Position numbers and translations under genes: made by a program. Under the pieces are notes generated by a model. It did no database searches. It saw only the letters and a list, made by a program, of their open reading frames with translations, and was not told the origin of the DNA. From the IMG/VR virus record IMGVR_UViG_3300044641_009805, positions 186,001 to 250,000 of that record: DNA of 64,000 nt, one strand, 5' to 3'. This document shows, one piece after another, positions 20,386 to 26,943 of this stretch (position 1 is its first letter; each line of letters begins with the position of its first letter).

Positions 20386-20638
20386 AATTGCGATTCTGCA
20401 ATATTTATACCATCGACTTGTTCGATGCGGAAACGGACTGGACATGGGAATTAAAAATAAAACTTGCTCTGTCGAATCGGCATCGTGCAAAGTTGACGTC
20501 AGGAATAATAAAACGATACATCTCGTTTACCCTGGCTTAGTTTAAAAATGACTTGAATGTCCAACCAAGACTTGGTTCGCATGTTGCGGATTCGTCAAGG
20601 ATGTTTCATTCACAGCGGAAACGGAAAAGGAAAATAAC
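20386..20638 (+). promoter_or_regulatory. Long structured leader/intergenic region upstream of ssb
   Basis: ATATTTA at 20401; hairpin CATCGA/TCGATG at 20411-27; palindrome AACCAAG-A-CTTGGTT at 20563-77; direct repeat GCGGAAACGGA at 20427 and 20615. Confidence 0.45.
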
Positions 20639-21478
20639 ATGGCAATCGATCTAGAAGCAATCAAGCGTCGCGTGGCAGAACTCAGTGGTGTGAAGAAGAC
20701 GTCATCAGTCCAGATGTGGAAGCCACAAATCGGAGAATACAAGATTCGTTGTCTTCCATGGAAGAATGCTCCTGAGGGCCAACCCTTCGCCGAGAGGTGG
20801 TTCTATTATATTGGAGAGAACGCAGGCCTTCTGGCGCCGAATCAGTTCGGTAAGCCAGATCCCATCAACGATCTGATTCGCAAGCTGTATAGCAGCGGTA
20901 AGCCAGATGATAGGGTTCTTGCGAAGAAGCTTGCCCCTAAGATGCGTTGCTACGCTCCCGTTGTCGTTCGAGGTGAGGAAGACAAGGGCGTGCAGGTTTG
21001 GGCATTCGGCAAGATCGTATATCAGCGTATGCTTGGTTTCTTCCTCGATGAGGAGGTTGGAGACATCTTGGATCCGAACCAAGGATTCGACCTCAAGGTG
21101 ACAATCTCCAAGGCACCAGGCAAGCAGTTCAATGACACGATGGTGGATCCTGCTCGCCGCCCCTCAAAGCTGCATGAGGATCCAAAGGTCATGGCGACGT
21201 GGCTTGAAAACATTCCAAACATCGATGACATGTATCGTCTTAAGTCAACTCAAGAGATTGAAGCAGTCCTCAATAACTGGCTCAATGGTGGCGCGACGGA
21301 TGACACACCTGTTGAGACGACCCGTGGACCTGCAACAGCAGATGCTCTTGAAGATCTTGTGGCAGAAGTGAAAGCTTCGTCTCCTGAGAAGCCGAAGAAA
21401 CCGAAGAAGGCCGATGAGGATGCTCCAAAGAAACAGTCGTTAGATGATGCATTCGCTGACCTGATGGGCGACGAGTGA
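20639..21478 (+). CDS. Single-stranded DNA-binding protein, T4 gp32-like
   Basis: WKP..GEYKIRCLP, PF.E.W.YY, VVVRGEEDKGVQVWAFGK, GFDLKV, acidic C-tail LDDAFADLMGDE. Confidence 0.85.
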   Translation: MAIDLEAIKRRVAELSGVKKTSSVQMWKPQIGEYKIRCLPWKNAPEGQPFAERWFYYIGENAGLLAPNQFGKPDPINDLIRKLYSSGKPDDRVLAKKLAPKMRCYAPVVVRGEEDKGVQVWAFGKIVYQRMLGFFLDEEVGDILDPNQGFDLKVTISKAPGKQFNDTMVDPARRPSKLHEDPKVMATWLENIPNIDDMYRLKSTQEIEAVLNNWLNGGATDDTPVETTRGPATADALEDLVAEVKASSPEKPKKPKKADEDAPKKQSLDDAFADLMGDE

Positions 21479-21490
21479 TTTGACGATATC

Positions 21491-21524
21491 AAGCGCCGGG
21501 GAAATTAAAAAATCCCCGGCGCTT
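21491..21524 (+). terminator. 12-bp perfect hairpin after ssb (probable terminator) overlapping the recA -35 box
   Basis: AAGCGCCGGGGA (21491-502) and TCCCCGGCGCTT (21513-24) with a 10-nt A-rich loop. No U-tract on the + strand. Confidence 0.6.
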
Positions 21525-21552
21525 GAACTATTTAATGCTCTTAAAGGATAAT
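21523..21552 (+). promoter_or_regulatory. Sigma70-like promoter TTGAAC-N18-GATAAT for recA
   Basis: The -10 ends 6 nt before ATG 21559, consistent with a leaderless transcript. Confidence 0.45.
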
Positions 21553-21558
21553 AAACGT

Positions 21559-22746
21559 ATGGCAAAAAGAGAGAAGTCTGAAGAGATTGAGACCGTGACT
21601 AAAAAGTCCGAAGTTGATAACATGATGAAAGATCTCATTTCATCTATCAATAAGGAGTTTGGTCAACGCATCGCATATAACCTGTCAGAGATGGATGCAC
21701 CCACTGTCGTAAAACGGTGGATTGACACAGGATCTATTCAGCTCAATTATGCGATTAGAAACGCGATGGATGGAGGATATCCAGAAGGACGAATCATAGA
21801 GATTGCAGGATTGCCTTCATCAGGTAAATCGCATCTTGCTTACCATGCAGCCAGCGTCGCGCAACGAATGGGTGGTCTTGTCGTCTATATAGACACAGAG
21901 AATGCAACTCCTGTTGCCAAGCTCGCCGACATGGGTATTGATGTACGTAAGAGATTTGTCTACTGCGATTCTCATTGCACAGAAGAGGTATTCTCCATCA
22001 TAGAATCTACCATCACTAAGGCGAAGCAAGTCCTTGATAAGAACATTCCAATCCTCGTCATTTGGGATTCAGTGGCTGCAACTTCTCCGAAGGCAGAGTT
22101 GGATGGCGATTACGATCAAAATTCGATCGGCCTTCAGGCCCGTGCCATTTCCAAAGGAATGCGCAAGATCACAGGCGTGATTGGTCAGAACAACGTGACT
22201 CTTCTCTGTATCAATCAAATTCGTGATGCCATTGGAGTCATGCATGGCGATCCAACGACAACACCAGGTGGTCGTGCAATTCCATTTCACTCGTCCGTCC
22301 GCATCCGTCTTGGTAGCGGAAATCAAGTGAAAGACAAAAATGGTAATCCGATCGGTATTCACACGACTGTCACTCTCAAAAAGAATAAAGTTGCAGCTCC
22401 TTTCCGCAAGTGCGAATTTGACATTATCTTCGGCAAAGGTATTGTTGAGGATGAGTATCTCTTTGATGAAGTTCGATCTCATTGCAAAGCAAATGGAGCT
22501 GTAAAACGAGATGGTCTTGAGATTAACATTAGCGGAGAAGGCGCTTGGAAAGAGTTATCAGTCGTCAATGCAAAAACAGGCGAAGTTATGGTAGAGAAAA
22601 AGTTCTACAAATCAGAGTTTGGTGACATGTTGAAGGATGAGAAATATCGTAACTATCTTTTGACGGCTATTGATTCTGCTCTTGTAACGACTGGCGGAGA
22701 GCCTTCTGGCGAAGGAGATGGTGAAGGAGGAATGTCAGATGAGTGA
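21559..22746 (+). CDS. recA: RecA/UvsX recombinase
   Basis: DTGSIQLN, Walker [51 protein letters not shown]. Confidence 0.95.
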   Translation: MAKREKSEEIETVTKKSEVDNMMKDLISSINKEFGQRIAYNLSEMDAPTVVKRWIDTGSIQLNYAIRNAMDGGYPEGRIIEIAGLPSSGKSHLAYHAASVAQRMGGLVVYIDTENATPVAKLADMGIDVRKRFVYCDSHCTEEVFSIIESTITKAKQVLDKNIPILVIWDSVAATSPKAELDGDYDQNSIGLQARAISKGMRKITGVIGQNNVTLLCINQIRDAIGVMHGDPTTTPGGRAIPFHSSVRIRLGSGNQVKDKNGNPIGIHTTVTLKKNKVAAPFRKCEFDIIFGKGIVEDEYLFDEVRSHCKANGAVKRDGLEINISGEGAWKELSVVNAKTGEVMVEKKFYKSEFGDMLKDEKYRNYLLTAIDSALVTTGGEPSGEGDGEGGMSDE

Positions 22747-23278
22747 TATATTCTGGATTCGATGTGAAGTAGACAGTGACGATCTTGTTCCGAAGTATCA
22801 AACACAAGGATCAGCAGGGTGTGATCTATACGCTAACGAGTATCTGACGATCAAACCTGGTCAAAGGGCTACTGTAGCGACTGGGTTAAAGATTGAACTG
22901 CCTCCTGGATTTGAAGCCCAAGTCAGACCTAGATCTGGGTTAGCTGCCAAATATGGTATCACTGTTCTTAATTCTCCAGGAACAGTAGATTGTTTTACTT
23001 CAAATTGTTTGATTTCAACTCCTGCTGGAAAAAAGCAAGTATTTGATTTGAAGATAAATGATGTCGTGTTTTCTATGAATGAACAGACTCTTTGTGTCGA
23101 AAGCGATGTGATAAGCGCAATTGTTGATGTAGGTGAAAAAGATGTAATCAAATTTGTTTTTGATGATGACACAGAACTGTGCGTAACTCCAGGAACGATG
23201 ATTTATACTCGAGATGGGCTTAAAAGAGCTGATGAGCTATCATATGATGATGAAATTGTAATTGACCATGATACTTAA
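22739..23278 (+). CDS. dut: dUTPase N-terminal extein (84 aa) fused to N-half of split intein (95 aa)
   Basis: dUTPase motifs AGCDL, PRSGLA, GTVD, then intein block [11 protein letters not shown] at 22991, ending at TAA 23276-78. SD GGAGG precedes ATG 22739. Confidence 0.9.
   Translation: MSDIFWIRCEVDSDDLVPKYQTQGSAGCDLYANEYLTIKPGQRATVATGLKIELPPGFEAQVRPRSGLAAKYGITVLNSPGTVDCFTSNCLISTPAGKKQVFDLKINDVVFSMNEQTLCVESDVISAIVDVGEKDVIKFVFDDDTELCVTPGTMIYTRDGLKRADELSYDDEIVIDHDT
22991..23275 (+). mobile_element. Split intein N-fragment (IntN)
   Basis: Begins with Cys1. Hint-fold pattern STPAG.KQV.DLKIND.V.S...[15 protein letters not shown]...TRDG.KRADEL. Strongly acidic. Confidence 0.88.
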
Positions 23279-23283
23279 TTATC

Positions 23284-24210
23284 ATGGTGAAATGTCTAAT
23301 TTGTAATCTAGAAAAGAAGTTTTCTATAGTTGAGCATCTTCGTAATACTCACAAAATATCAACAAAAGAATATCGACTGCGGTTCAAAGATGCAGAAGTA
23401 AAATCTCTTGAAGCAAAAGAGTTGGTCTCAAAAAACAATCGTAATGTTTGGTCCAATCCCGACTATCACAAGAAGATGTGCGAATCTCGTCAAGTTACTC
23501 ATAGAACGGATGCATTTCGAAAAAAACAATCTGAAATAATATCAAACACATATGCAAACGGTCATAAAAACTGGAATGATGGACTTACAAAGCATGATGA
23601 TGAACGTGTTGCTGCGGTTGGAAAAAGAAATTCTGCGCTTTTGACAGGTCGCACAAAAGAAACTCATGATTATCTAAAAAATCATAGTGATTTTATGAAA
23701 GAACACGTCTCTGATGAATTTAAATTTCGTCTGTCATGGACGGATGAAAGAAAAGAGCAATGGAGACAAAAGATTAGTGAAGGTGTTTCTGAAGCTATTT
23801 TAGAAGGTCGTTGTGGATCATCAAATAGATACAAAAAAGGGTGGTATCTTACTAAGATAGGATCAAAAGAATTTTACGATTCTTCTTGGGAACTTGAATT
23901 AATGACATTTCTTGACACAACATCGCTTTCATGGACAAAAGCTCATGGGTATAAAATTTCTTATATCGATGAAAACAATAAAACAAGACGTTACATTCCT
24001 GATTTTTACATCTACAACGATGACAAAAAATGCATTTTAGAGCTAAAAGGATTTAGCTTCAACGATAATAAAATAGAAAGAAAAAGTTCATCTGCTGAAT
24101 TGTTCGCCTTTAGCATTAATGCACGCTATTTTTTGTCTTTTAGCCTTGATGAATCGAAAAAATATATCATTAATTTTTTTGGAGAAAAAAATGAAGTTTG
24201 TAAAAATTAA
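23284..24210 (+). CDS. Free-standing homing-type endonuclease between the split-intein halves
   Basis: CLIC..HLRNTH finger, WNDGLTK repeat, C-terminal YDSSWE...YIPDF....ILELKG PD-(D/E)XK core. Different frame from dut; AT-rich. Confidence 0.82.
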   Translation: MVKCLICNLEKKFSIVEHLRNTHKISTKEYRLRFKDAEVKSLEAKELVSKNNRNVWSNPDYHKKMCESRQVTHRTDAFRKKQSEIISNTYANGHKNWNDGLTKHDDERVAAVGKRNSALLTGRTKETHDYLKNHSDFMKEHVSDEFKFRLSWTDERKEQWRQKISEGVSEAILEGRCGSSNRYKKGWYLTKIGSKEFYDSSWELELMTFLDTTSLSWTKAHGYKISYIDENNKTRRYIPDFYIYNDDKKCILELKGFSFNDNKIERKSSSAELFAFSINARYFLSFSLDESKKYIINFFGEKNEVCKN

Positions 24211-24298
24211 AAATAAAACAACGCATAATGAACGATGTTATGATCTTACAGTAGAAAATAATCACAATTTTTTTTGTAATGATGTTCTTGTTCACAAT
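24191..24298 (+). mobile_element. Split intein C-fragment (IntC)
   Basis: Block F YDLTV..NHNF and block G VHN, followed by Cys+1 (24299-301). Basic N-terminus. Confidence 0.9.
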
Positions 24299-24487
24299 TG
24301 TGACTATCGAGGGGAAATTAAGGTCATTTTGTTGAACACAGGTGACGAAGAATTTATTGTCAATAAAGGCGATAGGATTGCACAGTTGGTATTTTCTCGA
24401 GTTTTTCGTGGGATATTCCAACCAACCAACAGTTTGTCTTCAACGACCCGCGGCAGTGGTGGATTCGGTTCTACAGGCAAAACATGA
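24191..24487 (+). CDS. dut: Split intein C-half (36 aa) fused to dUTPase C-terminal extein (62 aa)
   Basis: Own SD GGAG (24181-84) and ATG 24191. MKFVKIK...CYDLTVENNHNFFCNDVLVHN|CDYRGEIKV...GDRIAQL...RGSGGFGSTG. Confidence 0.9.
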   Translation: MKFVKIKNKTTHNERCYDLTVENNHNFFCNDVLVHNCDYRGEIKVILLNTGDEEFIVNKGDRIAQLVFSRVFRGIFQPTNSLSSTTRGSGGFGSTGKT

Positions 24488-25455
24488 GTTCAGATCGTCC
24501 CATCTTGGTTATTGATGGAGCAAATCTTTTTATTAGGTCATGGGCGGCATACCCACAAATGTCGACCCATGGCTATCAAATGGGAGGTTGCATCGGTTTT
24601 CTTAAGACGTTGAAAAGAATCACAACTGAGTTACAGCCTTCAATGATCTGTATAGCGTGGGAAGGTGGGGGTTCTCTAAGACGTAGATCAATTTATCCTG
24701 AATATAAGCTTGGTAGACGTCCTGAGAAGCTCAACCGTTTTTACGGAGATGATATACCTGAGTCAGAAGAGAACAGGAAACATCAGCTTATTTCTCTATT
24801 GAACATGCTAAAAAATTCTCCTGTTTGCCAAGTTTACGCCTCTGATTGCGAGGGTGATGACATAGTTGCGTTTCTTTGTTCGGGGCCATTTAAGCAAAAT
24901 AAAAAGATCATAGTTTCTTCTGACAAAGACATGTATCAACTGTTGGATGCAAATACTTCGATCTATTCTCTTCATAAGAAAAAAGTCTTGACAGTTGATG
25001 ACGTCTTTGAAGAATTCCGAATAAAACCCAACAACTTCGCAGCCGCCAAGGCGTTATGTGGAGATCCTGGAGATAACATTCCTGGAGTAAAAGGGTTGGG
25101 GTTTAAGACGGTTTCTAAAAAACTTCCTATATTGGGAACAGATGATGATCTCTTGATAGAGGACATCATTTCGTTTTGTCAATCCAGGATTGGAGAATCT
25201 ACTGTTTATAAGAAGGTCGTAGACAATCAAGATTTGATCAACAGAAATTGGAGATTGGTATACCTAGATGGTAGTATGTTGTCAGCATCTCAAATTTCTA
25301 AAGTGCAACATACGTTAGATACATTCGTTCCGCACGTTAATAAGATCGGATTGATCAAAGCCCTCCTCAAAGAAGGAATCAACGATTTTGATGTTGAGGC
25401 ATTTTTTTATTCAATGAACTGTATTGACAGCGCGAAATACGTGACTGGTAACTAA
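24484..25455 (+). CDS. 5'-3' exonuclease / flap endonuclease (Pol I N-terminal, T4 RNase H-like)
   Basis: IDGANLFIR, EGDDIVA, SSDKDMYQL, GDPGDNIPGVKGLG.KT. Confidence 0.92.
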   Translation: MSSDRPILVIDGANLFIRSWAAYPQMSTHGYQMGGCIGFLKTLKRITTELQPSMICIAWEGGGSLRRRSIYPEYKLGRRPEKLNRFYGDDIPESEENRKHQLISLLNMLKNSPVCQVYASDCEGDDIVAFLCSGPFKQNKKIIVSSDKDMYQLLDANTSIYSLHKKKVLTVDDVFEEFRIKPNNFAAAKALCGDPGDNIPGVKGLGFKTVSKKLPILGTDDDLLIEDIISFCQSRIGESTVYKKVVDNQDLINRNWRLVYLDGSMLSASQISKVQHTLDTFVPHVNKIGLIKALLKEGINDFDVEAFFYSMNCIDSAKYVTGN

Positions 25456-25456
25456 A

Positions 25457-26893
25457 ATGTTAGAAAACGAAAATAAAAACAAGTTAACCTTTGGATCTTA
25501 CGGTAAGTCTTTTCAAGAGAAGATCATGCAGGCTCTCTTGACTGACTCGAAATTTGCCGAGCAGATGATGGAAGTGTTTGACACTTCTTACTTTGAGTTG
25601 AAGTACTTACAGTTCCTTGCTGATCGATACTTTTCATATTCAAAGAAATATAAGGTTTTTCCAACCCTTCAATTGCTCGTCACCATTATTAGAGAGGATT
25701 TGAAGGTTGGTACAGACGTTATCCTTCGAGATCAAATCATTGAGTATCTCCAAAGGATGAAGGCCAATCCAGATCCAGGAGATCTGCAATTTGTTCGTGA
25801 AAAGTCTCTTGACTTTTGTAGGAAGCAGGCTCTAAAAGCAGCTTTGGAAAATGCTGTTGATCAGATGCAGGCAAACAAATATGAATCGATCGTCGAATCG
25901 ATTAAGAAGGCCGTTCAGGTTGGCACAGCTCCGTCTGTCGGTCATGACTTCTTTAACGAGATGGACGCTCGATTCACACGTCTGAAACGTGACACAATTC
26001 CGACAGGCGTACCTGAGCTTGATAAGAAAGAGATTCTGCAAGGTGGTTCTGGTAAGGGAGAACTTTTGTGTGTTGTCGGAGGAAGCGGAAGCGGAAAGTC
26101 TCACTGGCTCACAATGATTGGAGCCAATGCTCTGCGTGCAGGTAAAAACGTCATGCACTACACCTTTGAGCTATCTGAGACAGCCGTTGGTATTCGTTAC
26201 GATTCAAACCTTTGCGACATGGATTCTAATGAAGTCATGGATCATAAAGACGAGGTTGCTGAGAAGTATAAGAACATGAACCTCGGTCGACTTTACATTA
26301 AGGAATATCCAACCAACACAGCGTCTATCTTCACGATCCGTTCGCATATTGAACGTCTCGACCTAAAAGGTTTTAAACCGGACATTATCATCATTGATTA
26401 TGCTGACATCATGAGATCAACTCGTCAGTTTGATTCTCTTCGTCACGAATTGAAATTGGTATATGAGGAGCTGCGAGGTCTTGCAATGGAATTAGGCGTT
26501 CCAATCTGGACAGCATCGCAATCGAATAAAGAAGGAGCCAATAGCGAGATCATCGACATGACAAATATGTCAGAAGCTTACGGAAAGGCTATGATTTGCG
26601 ACTTCATCATATCAGTCTCTAGACGACCACATGAGAAGGCTTCAGGCTGGGGTAGACTCTTTGTCGCAAAGAATCGAGCAGGTAGAGATGGACTTGTTTT
26701 TCCTGCCAAGATCAACACTGCTCAGAGTAAATTTGAGATTACAGGAGCAGCAGATACGCCAGAAGAAACTTCATCCTCAGATGAAGTTGAACAGAAAAAA
26801 GCCTTAAGAGCCAAATGGAAAGAACTAAAAAATGAATTTTCTAGTTCAAGAAACTTTTCGAGCGCAGAATCAGTAACAACGGTTGGAAGTTAA
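25457..26893 (+). CDS. dnaB: Replicative DNA helicase, DnaB/gp41-like
   Basis: Walker A GGSGSGKS, TFELSE, IDYADIM, WTASQSN, AKNRAG. Confidence 0.9.
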   Translation: MLENENKNKLTFGSYGKSFQEKIMQALLTDSKFAEQMMEVFDTSYFELKYLQFLADRYFSYSKKYKVFPTLQLLVTIIREDLKVGTDVILRDQIIEYLQRMKANPDPGDLQFVREKSLDFCRKQALKAALENAVDQMQANKYESIVESIKKAVQVGTAPSVGHDFFNEMDARFTRLKRDTIPTGVPELDKKEILQGGSGKGELLCVVGGSGSGKSHWLTMIGANALRAGKNVMHYTFELSETAVGIRYDSNLCDMDSNEVMDHKDEVAEKYKNMNLGRLYIKEYPTNTASIFTIRSHIERLDLKGFKPDIIIIDYADIMRSTRQFDSLRHELKLVYEELRGLAMELGVPIWTASQSNKEGANSEIIDMTNMSEAYGKAMICDFIISVSRRPHEKASGWGRLFVAKNRAGRDGLVFPAKINTAQSKFEITGAADTPEETSSSDEVEQKKALRAKWKELKNEFSSSRNFSSAESVTTVGS

Positions 26894-26943
26894 GATATAG
26901 TTATGCATCCCAAGAATTCAATGAATTGGAGACGGAACGTAAT

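Noticed and set aside
22739-24487. dUTPase interruption as a group I intron or a sequencing frameshift in a contiguous intein
   Set aside because: The endonuclease ORF starts 5 nt after the IntN stop and overlaps the IntC start, leaving no room for a ribozyme core. An artefact would need two compensating errors. IntC has its own SD and ATG and a typical split-IntC length and charge.
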